The position numbers and the translations under genes were made by a program. Shown here piece after piece: positions 1-10,061 of a DNA stretch of 64,000 nucleotides. The notes under the pieces were generated by a model, which did no database searches, was not told where the DNA came from, and saw only the letters and a list, made by a program, of their open reading frames with translations. This DNA comes from Terriglobia bacterium (GTDB lineage Bacteria > Acidobacteriota > Terriglobia > 20CM-2-55-15), in NCBI GenBank assembly GCA_965198225.1, contig CBDAOY010000007.1, positions 640,001-704,000 on the forward strand. The letters are read 5' to 3'. Position 1 is the first letter of the stretch. Each line of letters begins with the position of its first letter.

Positions 1-1371
1 AAGTTCAGCCTGCCGATAATCCCGCCACCCCTCCAGAATCACGGAAACTACATCATCTCCCTGAACAAGTTCGTCCGATGGTTCGGGGAGGTGGTCGAAG
101 AAAGCGGTGTTGACGTCTTCGCGGGGTTTGCCGGTTCGGAGCTCTTGATCGAAGACGGCGCAGTCGTGGGTGTCCGGACCGGAGACAAGGGAGTCGACAA
201 GGAGGGGCAGGAAAAGGGGAACTACGAGCAGGGCATCGACATCCGGGCGAAGCTGACTATCCTCGCCGAAGGGTCGCGGGGTTCGTTGACCAAACAGCTC
301 GTGAACAAGTTTGACCTCGACCAGGGGCGGAATCCGCAGGTCTATGCCGTCGGTGTCAAGGAAGTGTGGGAAGTGCCTTCGCAGCGCAGCCAGAAAGGAA
401 GGGTGATTCACACTATGGGTTGGCCGCTGACGAGTGAGGAATTCGGCGGTGGTTTCATCTACAACATGGCGGATGGGCGCGTCTCCCTGGGCCTCGTGAT
501 CGGTCTCGACTACAGGAACCCGACCCTCGACCCGCATGAGCGCTTTCAGAAGTACAAGGAGCACCCCCTCGTTCGCCGTATGCTCGAGGGCGGAAGCCTG
601 GTTTCCTACGGGGCCAAGTCGATCCCGGAGGGCGGGTACTGGGCGATGCCGCAGTACTACTTCGAGGGAGGCATGATCGTCGGAGATTCAGGCGGCTTCC
701 TGAATTCCATGCGCCTCAAGGGGATCCACATGGCGTTCAAGAGCGGAATGCTCGCCGGGCAGGCCGCGTTCGAGGCGATCGAGGCCGACGAGTACACAGC
801 CTTGAGACTTCGCCGTTTCGAGGACCTTGTTGAGAAGAGCTGGATCAAGAAGGAACTCTGGAAGGTTCGCAACTTCCACCAGGGTTTCGAGGGCGGATTC
901 TGGGCGGGAATGTTCCACAGCGGCCTTCAGATGGCGACCGGGGGGCGCGGGCTCCGCGACCGCTACACGAGCGAACCGGGCCATCGGCGAATGCAGCGCG
1001 TCAGCGACTATTTCCGGGGAAAGAAGCCTCCGAAAACCGAGCGAAGCTTCGACCAGGAATTGACATTCGACAGGCTGACTGATGTTTACAATTCGGGAAC
1101 GGTACATGAGGAGGATCAACCCGTCCATCTCGTCGTCATAGAACCCGACATCTGTCACGAGCGCTGTACCGAGGAATACGGTAACCCCTGCCAGTACTTC
1201 TGTCCCGCTGCCGTCTATGAGATGGAGCCGAACGACGGTGGTCAGCTCCGGCTCCAGATCAACGCTTCCAACTGCGTCCACTGCAAGACGTGCGACATCA
1301 TGGATCCGTACGAAGTGATCAACTGGGTTACGCCCGAGGGTGGCGGCGGGCCGGGGTATGAGTACCTGTAG
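1..1371 (+). CDS. Electron transfer flavoprotein-ubiquinone oxidoreductase, 5' end outside the window
   Basis: Frame open from base 1 (KFSLPIIPPPLQNHGNYIISL); ETF-QO motifs KGIHMAFKSGMLA and C-terminal 4Fe-4S cysteines CQYFCPA...NCVHCKTCDIMDP...WVTPEGGGGP. Confidence 0.93.
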   Translation, partial: KFSLPIIPPPLQNHGNYIISLNKFVRWFGEVVEESGVDVFAGFAGSELLIEDGAVVGVRTGDKGVDKEGQEKGNYEQGIDIRAKLTILAEGSRGSLTKQLVNKFDLDQGRNPQVYAVGVKEVWEVPSQRSQKGRVIHTMGWPLTSEEFGGGFIYNMADGRVSLGLVIGLDYRNPTLDPHERFQKYKEHPLVRRMLEGGSLVSYGAKSIPEGGYWAMPQYYFEGGMIVGDSGGFLNSMRLKGIHMAFKSGMLAGQAAFEAIEADEYTALRLRRFEDLVEKSWIKKELWKVRNFHQGFEGGFWAGMFHSGLQMATGGRGLRDRYTSEPGHRRMQRVSDYFRGKKPPKTERSFDQELTFDRLTDVYNSGTVHEEDQPVHLVVIEPDICHERCTEEYGNPCQYFCPAAVYEMEPNDGGQLRLQINASNCVHCKTCDIMDPYEVINWVTPEGGGGPGYEYL

Positions 1372-1372
1372 T

Positions 1373-2317
1373 CGTAGGCCGTTGGACGTTGAGGTCTTGC
1401 TCAGCGTGGATTGGTCCGTGACTGGCGAGGCATTGTCTATCGTCCGGCATCATCCGGGGCTTGCCGGCCACCCTCGCCAGCTACCACGAACCTTGCGGTA
1501 CGCGACACCTCAACGGCCTACGTCCCTAGTCCGTAGGCCGTTGGACGTTGAGATATCGCTCAGCGTGGATTGGTCCGTGACTGGCGATGCATTTGTCTAT
1601 CGTCCGGCATCATCCAGGGCTTGCCGGCCACCCTCGCCAGTTACCACGAACCTTTCGGTACGCGACATCTCAACGGCCTACGTCCCTAGTCCGTAGGCCG
1701 TTGGACGTTGAGGTATTGCTCAGCGCGGATTGGTCCGTGACTGGCGAGGTATTTGTCTATCGTCCGGCATGATCGAGGGCTTGCCGGCCACCCTCGCCAG
1801 TTACCCCGAAACTTTCGGTACGTGACACCTCAACGGCCTACGTCCCTAGTCCGTAGGCCGTTGGACGTTGAGGTATTGCTCAGCGCGGATTGGTCCGTGA
1901 CTGTCTATCATCCGGCATGATCGAGGGCTTGCCGGCCACCCTCGCCAGTTACGACGAAACTTTCGGTACGCGACACCTCAACGGCCTACGTCCCTAGTCC
2001 GTAGGCCGTTGGACGTTGAGGTATTGCTCAGCGCGGATTGGTCCGTGACTGGCGAGGTATTTGTCTATCATCCGGCATGATCGAGGGCTTGCCGGCCACC
2101 CTCGCCAGTTACGACGAAACTTTCGGTACGCGACACCTCAACGGCCTACGTTCCTAGGACTGTTGAGGGGTTTCTGGCGAGGTATTTGTCTATCATCCGG
2201 CATGATCGAGGGATCTACGACGAAACTTTCGGTACGCGACACCTCAACGGCCTGCCGGCCACCCTCGCCAGTTACGACGAAACTTTCTACGCGACACCTC
2301 AACGGCCTACGTTCCTA
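1373..2317. repeat. Tandem array of ~160-bp palindromic REP/MITE-like units (5 full units plus rearranged partial units)
   Basis: Units start with CGTAGGCCGTTGG at 1373, 1532, 1692, 1852 and 2000; the first four end CAACGGCCTACG-TCCCTAGTC and the fifth ends CAACGGCCTACG at 2150; no unique spacers. Confidence 0.95.
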
Positions 2318-3322
2318 GGCGGCCAGTTTCTTATCTACGTAGACCTCTTCCCAGAACTGGACCAAAGCAACAAGCAACGCCAGAATCAGCGGGCCGACAA
2401 GCATGCCGCTGAAGCCGATCATCTTCAGCCCGCCCAGGACGCCGACCATGACCAGGACCGGGTGGACCTTTGAGCGTTCGCTGACCAGTTTCGGTCGCAC
2501 CAGATTGTCGATGTTGGTCACGACGACGATGCCGTAGATCATCAATCCGATACCGGCGAACATTTCACCCTGCAGGATCTTGTCGACAGCCGCCGGCACC
2601 CATATCAAGGGCGTGCCGAATACGGGGAGAAAGGCGAGGACGATCATGATTGCTCCCCAGAACACCCAGCCGTCGATCCCGAAGATGACGAACCCGAGCG
2701 TCGCCACCGAACCCTGTATGACCGCTGTCATCACCTGACCGTAAAGGACTCCCTGGGTGACGTTCCGAACCTCTCGAAACAGCTTTTCCTTGAGCATTGG
2801 TTCCAACGGGAGCATCTGTTTGATGCGGGCAAGGAAATGCTCCCCGTCGCGGAAGGCGTAGTACATCACGAAGAACATGATGAAGACGCCGAGAACCAGT
2901 TCCGTGATCGAACCCAGGATGTCGGGGGCCAGACCGATGATCGACTCACGCACCTGTGTAAAGAAGGAATCCAGCACTTCCTGAAAGTCGATCTGGTTGC
3001 CGGTCACCCCGCTCAGGTAGTCGCCGAGTCGTTGAACAGTCGACAGTTCGAAAGTCGTGAACGCGCCCGTAACCTCCTGGGCCAGGCGCTGAGCCACGAG
3101 GAACGAGGGGAGGACCAGGAGCACCATGACGAGTAGGATCGAAATTGCCGAGCTCACTCCGGGTTGATTCGTCCTGCGGCGAATCAGCGCGTAGACTGGA
3201 AAGAGTGTGTATGTGAGGACCCCAGCGAGCACGATGTAAGAAATGAACGGCTGGATCAGGAGGATCGAGAGGAGAGCAATCAGCCCGAAGACGATGCCGA
3301 AGATGACGTTCTCCCGTTTCAT
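2315..3322 (-). CDS. AI-2E family transporter
   Basis: 335-aa polytopic membrane protein with motif DNLVRPKLVS...VHPVLVMVGVLGGLKMIGFSGMLVGP. Confidence 0.9.
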   Translation of the reverse strand: MKRENVIFGIVFGLIALLSILLIQPFISYIVLAGVLTYTLFPVYALIRRRTNQPGVSSAISILLVMVLLVLPSFLVAQRLAQEVTGAFTTFELSTVQRLGDYLSGVTGNQIDFQEVLDSFFTQVRESIIGLAPDILGSITELVLGVFIMFFVMYYAFRDGEHFLARIKQMLPLEPMLKEKLFREVRNVTQGVLYGQVMTAVIQGSVATLGFVIFGIDGWVFWGAIMIVLAFLPVFGTPLIWVPAAVDKILQGEMFAGIGLMIYGIVVVTNIDNLVRPKLVSERSKVHPVLVMVGVLGGLKMIGFSGMLVGPLILALLVALVQFWEEVYVDKKLAA

Positions 3323-3518
3323 AGCCGTTGTTTGTCGGGCCTGTCGGTAATAATGCCGTGTCTCCGCATATAGATAGAAAGCGTGCCGTATTCTAGTCTG
3401 AGGTCACATCGTAAACTAGGATAAATCGTTGCTCGCCACAAACTTCCGACTGTTTCACGTTGTTCGTACGAGCTCGGGCCACTCTGGATTAGACGCGGCT
3501 CGACGCTAAGAGGTGAAT

Positions 3519-5621
3519 CTAGCGGAGGTGGGCGTAAGTTGCGTAAAGGGCAAAGACCTTCATGACGTAGTCTTTGGTCTGAACGAAGCCGATGTCTGAG
3601 ACGAACAAATCCATGTCGTCGCTGCCGGACTTCGCTTCCCATCGACGCACGTTTTCGATGCCTCCGTTGTAAGCAGCCAGAGCCAGCGCAGGATGGTCCA
3701 GTTCTTCCATCAGTCGCGACCAGTAGTTGGCACCCAGGCGAATGTTGAGGGACGGTTCGTACAGCGCATCCAGTTCGAGCTCTCCCATCCCCAGCTCTGC
3801 CGCCATCATCGCGGCAGTTTCCGGGATGAACTGCATCAGCCCGCGGGCCGACGCACCGGATCGCGCGGATGGGTCGAAACGACTCTCCTGCCAGATGATG
3901 GCCTGGAGCCATAGCGGATTGACGCCGGCTTCGACAGATTCTCTGCAGATGGCGTCGTTGAAGGCGGAGGGGTAGAGCATTCCCAGCAGGGTCCGCTCTT
4001 CCTCGTCGTAGTCGGAGTCGAGCGAGAATAGTCGCTTGTCATCCACGGGCCGGAGCCGATCGGCATAGAGCATGGAGCGCTTGAAATCCGACGCCAGATA
4101 GGCAAGGTCGGCCAGGGCGACGTCCTTCCAGCGGTTCGCGACCCGGTGCGCCCAGTAGAATGCTTCGTCCCAGAGGCGCAGGAACACCAGCTCGCCAACC
4201 ATATCCGCTTCCGGGGAACCCTCGGTTCGGAACCCCCGGGTCCTTGAGAGGCGCCGGGCTCGTACGGCCTCGATCACGGCCTCGTCGGAGCTGCGCCTGC
4301 AGAGCTCGATCGAAGGAGTGTTGCCCGCCTCCTGCAAGGTTCTGGTCAAGAGCGCCGCGTCTCCGGCTTCGCCGCCGAGTCTTTCTGCCGCTCGCAGGCC
4401 GTAGTAGGTAAACGTTTCCTCAGCCAGGTCCCTGAACAGACTGCGAGCCTCGGCGGCGCGCCCCACGCGCTCCAGGGTCAGCGCGCGAAAGTATCGAACC
4501 TCAGACGCATTTGTGCCATTCGGCGCCGTTCTGAGGCGCATCCGCGACAGCTCGGTGAACAGATCCAGCGCCTCTTCGTAGCGCCCTAAGCCATAGTAAA
4601 GCTTTGCTTTCGTGAAGAGGAACACTTGCCGATTGGCAGTCGTCGGTCGGTTTGCGAGACCGCGATCGATCCACTCCAGCGCGCTGGGGATGTCTCCGAG
4701 AACCCTATAGACGTCCACGAGGTTGCGCACCGAAGACTGGTAGAGTCTTCGATCATCGTATTTCTCGATGACGTGCAGGTAGGCGCGCGCTGCGCTGTCG
4801 AAATCCTCCATCCGCCAGAAACAGCTGGCGATCTGGGATTCCGCATCGCGTTCCCAATCGGTGTCGGGGAACCGCTCCGCTGTCCGGCGATAAATCTCGA
4901 TCGCACGAGCGTAACGCGCTTGCTGGAAGAAGGTGCGGGCCAGTTCGTAGTGAGCTTCGGCACCCACCAACGGATCCTCGAGCAGAGTGGAATAGACAGC
5001 CGCTGCCTGTTCGAAAAGCCGGTGGGCGTAGAAGGTCTTGGCTAAGCGGAGCCGCCGTTCGGCGGTGGCGGGCCGTCCGGCGAGTCGACGGGCGGATGCC
5101 AGTGCGATGTCGTCGCTCCTTTGCCGCGCCAGCAGGGCCCACATAGCCGCCTCGTCGTTCCGGATCTCAGCCCTTTTCCATTGAGAACGCCTCGTTCCGA
5201 TCGAGTCGTAGATCCGGAGTGCGAATGCGGGAAGCGCCTCTTCAGCCAGTTCCAGCCGCAATGCGGCCGGGAAGCCGGCAGGCAGCCTTCGGAGTAGGGC
5301 CGCCGCGGCATCCAGGTCTCTCGAACGAACCGTGGCACGAACCCTGTGCCACAGCGAAAGCCCGAAGAGCACGCTCGAAGTGGGAGTCTTTTCGAACTCG
5401 AGTCCCGCCCGTTCCCAGTCCCCGAGTTCTTCGGCGATGCGTCCACGAAGGTAGTGGAGATTGTTCAGCCTGAACTGCTCCGGTTCCAGCTCTGCCGATT
5501 CGTCAAGCAACTCCGCCGCCCCGGCGTAATCCCGGGCCTCGTAACGGGCGAAAGCACTCTCGATAGTAGGCGTGAGCAGGCCGGAGACGATCAGTAGTGG
5601 TAGAACGATGATGCTATTCAT
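3519..5621 (-). CDS. Secreted TPR-containing soluble lytic transglycosylase (SLT domain)
   Basis: Signal peptide, TPR repeats, C-terminal SLT motifs WQESRFDP, ARGLMQ, LAAYNGG. Confidence 0.9.
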   Translation of the reverse strand: MNSIIVLPLLIVSGLLTPTIESAFARYEARDYAGAAELLDESAELEPEQFRLNNLHYLRGRIAEELGDWERAGLEFEKTPTSSVLFGLSLWHRVRATVRSRDLDAAAALLRRLPAGFPAALRLELAEEALPAFALRIYDSIGTRRSQWKRAEIRNDEAAMWALLARQRSDDIALASARRLAGRPATAERRLRLAKTFYAHRLFEQAAAVYSTLLEDPLVGAEAHYELARTFFQQARYARAIEIYRRTAERFPDTDWERDAESQIASCFWRMEDFDSAARAYLHVIEKYDDRRLYQSSVRNLVDVYRVLGDIPSALEWIDRGLANRPTTANRQVFLFTKAKLYYGLGRYEEALDLFTELSRMRLRTAPNGTNASEVRYFRALTLERVGRAAEARSLFRDLAEETFTYYGLRAAERLGGEAGDAALLTRTLQEAGNTPSIELCRRSSDEAVIEAVRARRLSRTRGFRTEGSPEADMVGELVFLRLWDEAFYWAHRVANRWKDVALADLAYLASDFKRSMLYADRLRPVDDKRLFSLDSDYDEEERTLLGMLYPSAFNDAICRESVEAGVNPLWLQAIIWQESRFDPSARSGASARGLMQFIPETAAMMAAELGMGELELDALYEPSLNIRLGANYWSRLMEELDHPALALAAYNGGIENVRRWEAKSGSDDMDLFVSDIGFVQTKDYVMKVFALYATYAHLR

Positions 5622-5666
5622 GACGGTGTATGATGTTGGACTATTTTATCCAACATAGGTGCTTAT

Positions 5667-6587
5667 ATGACAGCAACTTTCATCAGCGGCAGCGAAGTCG
5701 CCGCGACGATCCGGGAGGAACTGGGCGAGGAAGTAGAAAGCCTGAAGAAACAAGGGGTTCAGCCCGGCCTGGCCGTTATCCTCGTCGGAGCGGCCCCGGC
5801 TTCGGCTTCCTACGTCAACATGAAGGCTCGGATGTGCGAGCGCCTGGGAATCACGAGCCGGAAGCTGATACTGCCTGAGGAGTCGACAACACAGGAACTG
5901 ATTGCGGGGATTCAGGAACTCAACGACGACGATAGGGTAGACGGGATCCTGGTCCAGCTGCCGCTGCCGTCTCAGATCGACAAACATGCTTGCCTCGAAG
6001 CGGTGCAGCCGGGCAAGGATGTCGATGGCTTTCATTCTGCGAATATAGGTTCGCTGGTGCTTGGGCACGAGACCCTCGTTGCCTGCACTCCCCTGGGCAT
6101 CATGGAGTTGCTCCGTCGATCGGAGGTTCAGATTGACGGAAGGCGGGCGGCGGTTCTGGGTCGCAGCGACGATGTCGGTAAACCGATGGCGATGCTTCTG
6201 ATGCATGCGCACGCCACGGTCACGATCTGCCACTCACACACGGACGAAGTTCGAGAGATCACCCGTCAGAGCGACATCGTTGTCGCTGCGATCGGGCGTG
6301 CCGCGATGGTCACCGGCGAATTCATCAAACCGGGCGCAGTCGTGGTCGACGTCGGCAGCAATCAAGTCTCGGACCGGGAAGAGATCATCCGGCTGTTCGG
6401 CGAGGAGACGCCCCGTTTGGAAGGGTTCGCCAAGCGCGGCCACATCTGGGTCGGGGACGTCCACGAGCGAGAGGTCGTCGAAGTGGCTTCGCGCTTGACG
6501 CCGGTTCCGGGTGGTGTCGGACCAATGACCATCGTGATGCTGATGCGGAACACTCTCAAGGCGGCTCGCATCCGGAGAGGGCTCTGA
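5667..6587 (+). CDS. folD: Bifunctional methylenetetrahydrofolate dehydrogenase/cyclohydrolase
   Basis: Motifs DGILVQLPLP, KDVDGFH, CTPLG, TPVPGGVGPMT. Confidence 0.97.
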   Translation: MTATFISGSEVAATIREELGEEVESLKKQGVQPGLAVILVGAAPASASYVNMKARMCERLGITSRKLILPEESTTQELIAGIQELNDDDRVDGILVQLPLPSQIDKHACLEAVQPGKDVDGFHSANIGSLVLGHETLVACTPLGIMELLRRSEVQIDGRRAAVLGRSDDVGKPMAMLLMHAHATVTICHSHTDEVREITRQSDIVVAAIGRAAMVTGEFIKPGAVVVDVGSNQVSDREEIIRLFGEETPRLEGFAKRGHIWVGDVHEREVVEVASRLTPVPGGVGPMTIVMLMRNTLKAARIRRGL

Positions 6588-7195
6588 TGGTGACGGTGGG
6601 ACTGACCGGTGGCATCTGCTCCGGAAAGACCACCGTCGGCCACATGTTTGTTGATCTGGGCTGCCGCCTGATCGACTCGGACCGCATCACCCACGAACTG
6701 TTCGAGCCGGGAGAGAAGGTTTGCGAGGCTGTCGTCGCAGAGTTCGGCGAGCGAATCCGGGACGGTGAGGGCAGGATCGATCGCTCCGCGCTCGGCGAGA
6801 TCGTCTTCCATGATCCCGGCCGCCGGCAGACGCTGAATGAACTGGTCCATCCGGCGGTTATCGAGCGTCAGAAGGAATTCCTGGAGAGCGTGGAGGCCCA
6901 AGACCCATCATCGATTGCCATCGTCGATGCCGCGTTGATGATCGAGGTCGGAACCTACAAGAACTACGATCGTGTCGTGGTCGTTACCTGTACCCTGGAT
7001 CAGCAGCGACAGCGTTTGGGTGAGCGGGCCGCTCTGAGCGACGAAGAAATCGAGACCCGTATTTCATCTCAGATGCCTCTCGACGAGAAGGTCCGCTATG
7101 CAGACTTCGTCATCGACAACTCCGGTTCGCTGGAGGCGACGCGGCTGCAGGTTGGGGACGTGTATGAGAAGCTGAGGGAAGAAGAAGGCCGTTGA
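6587..7195 (+). CDS. coaE: Dephospho-CoA kinase
   Basis: N-terminal VGLTGGICSGKTTV; C-terminal ADFVIDNSGS. Confidence 0.96.
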   Translation: MVTVGLTGGICSGKTTVGHMFVDLGCRLIDSDRITHELFEPGEKVCEAVVAEFGERIRDGEGRIDRSALGEIVFHDPGRRQTLNELVHPAVIERQKEFLESVEAQDPSSIAIVDAALMIEVGTYKNYDRVVVVTCTLDQQRQRLGERAALSDEEIETRISSQMPLDEKVRYADFVIDNSGSLEATRLQVGDVYEKLREEEGR

Positions 7196-7203
7196 AGGAG
7201 ACG

Positions 7204-8542
7204 GAGGTTCCGTCAATAAGTGTGTAAATAGACATCAGGCGGCTTTCTCCTCGGTGACTTGGTTGACTGGAACTCCATTGACATATTGGGCGCCTTGGTA
7301 GACATCCTTCATCAAGTGCGGAGCCTTCAAACGGCGAAATCTTTTCTCAGCGACCAGCAGCATCTTCCAGATGACAGCCCGTGCGTTGGCCACTTTCTTG
7401 AACCTTCGAGAGGCATCGGTTCGCAGTCGCAGAGCAGAGAAGGGAGACTCCACTGGATTGGTAGTCCGCAGATGTTGCCACTGCTGTTTGGGATAGTTGT
7501 AAAACGTCACCATCCGATCCCAGTCCTGGTCGATCAGATCAGCCGCAGCCTCCAGTCCTCTCTTGCCACACCAATGTTGGAATCGTCCTTTGACTTGCTC
7601 GGCTTCCTGCCGTGTTTCTGCATAAGGGATCTGCCGCAACATCAACAACGCCGCTTTGTGCCGACCCTTGGGGATCTTAGCCAGCAAGTTGACGATGCGA
7701 TGATTCCAGCATCTCTGCTCGTCGGCTTCTGGGAAAACGTTGCGCAACGCTCCCCAGATCCCCAGATGCCCGTCAGCCATCACCAGTCTCGGTGGGTTCA
7801 TCCCCCGCTCTTTGAGATCCCTCAGCACTTCGGACCAGCTCTGGGTCGATTCTCGATAACCACTACTGACCGACACCACCACTTTAGTGCCATCACTTAA
7901 AGCGGCGATCACTACCAGGATCACGGCCTTTTCCTTCTCCAGCCCTGCTTTGATGTACACACCGTCTGCCCACAGATACACCACTTCCAGATCGTCCAGC
8001 CGACGGCTTTGCCAGGCCTCCATTTCTCCCTGCCACTTCTCCTTCAACCGGGCTACGGTGCTGGGGGACAGCGGCGCTTCTTCCCCTAAAAGCCCTCTTA
8101 AGGCCAGATCGAAATCCCCCTCGGCCAGACCATGCAAATAGAGTTCTGGAATCAAGTCTCGTACCTCTTGCGTCCGCTTGGCAAACAGCGGCAAGACCCG
8201 GCTCTCAAAACGCTCTTCCAGATCCCGCACTCGGGGACGCCGCAGCTTGATCGTTAGCCCCCGGGTGCGTCCACTTCTCGGCGACGCTCATTCTTTCTTC
8301 GTCCCAGCAGCTGTGTCACTTCATCCTCCAACAGTTCCTGTACGTAAAACTGGATCTGCTCTCGCACCCACTCTTCCAGCTGTTCAAAGCAGACTCTTGA
8401 CTCCACACTTCGATCAATGTTCTTCTTGCTCATGGCGGTGTGACTCCTTCCTTACGTCTGGGGCTCTTCCGCCTCGGGTTTTTATTTCACCCGGAAGGAT
8501 AATCACCGCCTATGCTATTTACACACCTTTTGAGGGTAGCTC
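7204..8542 (-). mobile_element. IS256-family insertion sequence, 1339 bp, defective
   Basis: Imperfect terminal inverted repeats GAGGTTCCGTCAATAAGTGTGTAAATAG / GAGCTACCCTCAAAAGGTGTGTAAATAG; 8-bp target duplication AGGAGACG at 7196-7203 and 8543-8550. Confidence 0.93.
7235..8433 (-). pseudogene. IS256 transposase with an internal frameshifting deletion
   Basis: ATG at 8433 with RBS (MSKKNIDRS...REVDAPGG*) stops near 8255; the other frame resumes TIKLRRPRVRDLEE and carries YLWADG, MADGHLG, QRCWNH, RTTNPVES; the usual YRNG segment is missing. Confidence 0.88.
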
Positions 8543-8546
8543 AGGA

Positions 8547-8762
8547 GACGTAGGCCGTTATCCGTAGGCCGTTGCGGTTTCTGCTTGACGGGACGGTTCG
8601 CTAAAGGGCGAGGGGCTTAGGGGGACCCGGCACCTCCGGCGTTCGATCACCGTAGAGGTCCCCTCACACGGTTTTTTCGCGGACCCTTTCGGGCAAGCGT
8701 ACCGTACCGCCCAACGGCCTAGGGATAACGGCCTACGTCCCTGACAACGGCCTACGTCCCTA
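8547..8762. repeat. Composite REP-like element with GTAGGCCGTT termini
   Basis: GACGTAGGCCGTTATCC (8547-8563) is inverted at 8723-8739; nested GTAGGCCGTTG/CAACGGCCTA; same termini as the 1373-2317 array. Confidence 0.85.
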
Positions 8763-10061
8763 CGGCGTGAGCCGATACAGCATCCGCGGGAAGGGAATCG
8801 TCTCCCGCACGTGATCCAGGTGGCAGATCCATGCCACGGCGCGCTCGATCCCCATACCGAAACCCGAATGCGGCACGGAGCCGAACTTCCGAAGGTCCAG
8901 GTACCAGTCGAACACCTCTCTCGACAACCCGTGTTCGTCGAGTCGTGTGAGCAGCAGTTCGTGGCTGGCCGTGCGCTGGCCGCCCCCGATGATTTCGCCA
9001 TAGCCTTCCGGCGCCAGTACATCCAGACAGAGAGCCACTTCAGGGCGTTCCGGATCGGGTTCCATGTAGAAGGCTTTGATCGCGCCCGGATACCGGTGAA
9101 CCATCACGGGCTTGTCGAATTCCTTCGACAGCAGGGTCTCGTCGCCTCCGCCGAAGTCTCCGCCCCACTGGATGTCGGACCCGTTCTTCTGGAGGATTCC
9201 GACCGCGTCGTCGTAGGAAATGCGGGGAAACGGGGGCTCGATCTTTTCCAGGGCTTCGACATCTCTTTCCAGTGCTTCGAGCTCTGCGGACCGCCTTTCC
9301 AGCACGCGCTTTACGATGAAACTGATGAAGCGTTCCGACAGCACCATGATGTCTTCGACGGTCGCATAAGCAACCTCCGGTTCTACCATCCAGAATTCTG
9401 TAAGGTGTCGTCGGGTCTTTGATTTCTCAGCTCTGAACGTTGGCCCGAAGCAGTAAACCTTTCCCAGGGCCGCTGCGGTCGCTTCGTTGTACAGCTGCCC
9501 CGACTGGGCCAGGAAGGCGTTCTCGTCGAAGTAACCCACCTCGAACAAAGTTGTCGTTCCCTCGCAAGCGGCGGGAGTCAAGATCGGTGTGTCGCAAAGT
9601 GTGAACCCGTCGTCGTCCAGAAAGTCGCGCACCGCCTTGATGATTTCGTGGCGGATCTTCAGAATTGCGCGCTGCCGTGTCGACCGGACCCAGAGGTGCC
9701 GATGATCCATCAGGAACTCGATCCCGTGGTCCTTGGGAGTGATCGGGAACTCCTCGTCTTTGGAGACGACCTGGAGCGGTTCGACCGAAGTCACGTCCAT
9801 CTCGTAGCCGCCCGGCGCCCGCTCATCCGCGCGAACCGTGCCTGTGACGCTGAGTGAGGATTCATGCGTGAGGTCCGTGGCCGCCTGGAATGTCTCTTCC
9901 GACACCGCCTTCTTGAACACAACGGCCTGCAGGTAGCCCGTTCCATCCCGAACGATCAGGAACCGGAGCTTTCCGCTGGACCTCTTGTTGTGAAGCCAGC
10001 CTCGAATCGTGACTTCCTCGCCGACGTGGGCGCCGATGTCATGAATGTAAATCGTCGTCAT
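8760..10061 (-). CDS. asnS: Asparagine--tRNA ligase
   Basis: OB-fold N-terminus, motif 2 [21 protein letters not shown], motif 3 GFGMGIER; start chosen at MTTIYIHD after GGAGG. Confidence 0.95.
   Translation of the reverse strand: MTTIYIHDIGAHVGEEVTIRGWLHNKRSSGKLRFLIVRDGTGYLQAVVFKKAVSEETFQAATDLTHESSLSVTGTVRADERAPGGYEMDVTSVEPLQVVSKDEEFPITPKDHGIEFLMDHRHLWVRSTRQRAILKIRHEIIKAVRDFLDDDGFTLCDTPILTPAACEGTTTLFEVGYFDENAFLAQSGQLYNEATAAALGKVYCFGPTFRAEKSKTRRHLTEFWMVEPEVAYATVEDIMVLSERFISFIVKRVLERRSAELEALERDVEALEKIEPPFPRISYDDAVGILQKNGSDIQWGGDFGGGDETLLSKEFDKPVMVHRYPGAIKAFYMEPDPERPEVALCLDVLAPEGYGEIIGGGQRTASHELLLTRLDEHGLSREVFDWYLDLRKFGSVPHSGFGMGIERAVAWICHLDHVRETIPFPRMLYRLTP

Noticed and set aside
1373-2317. 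CRISPR array, or the short ORFs predicted across the tandem array
   Set aside because: Units are ~160 bp and similar along their whole length, with no unique spacers and no cas genes; the ORFs are translations of the repeat
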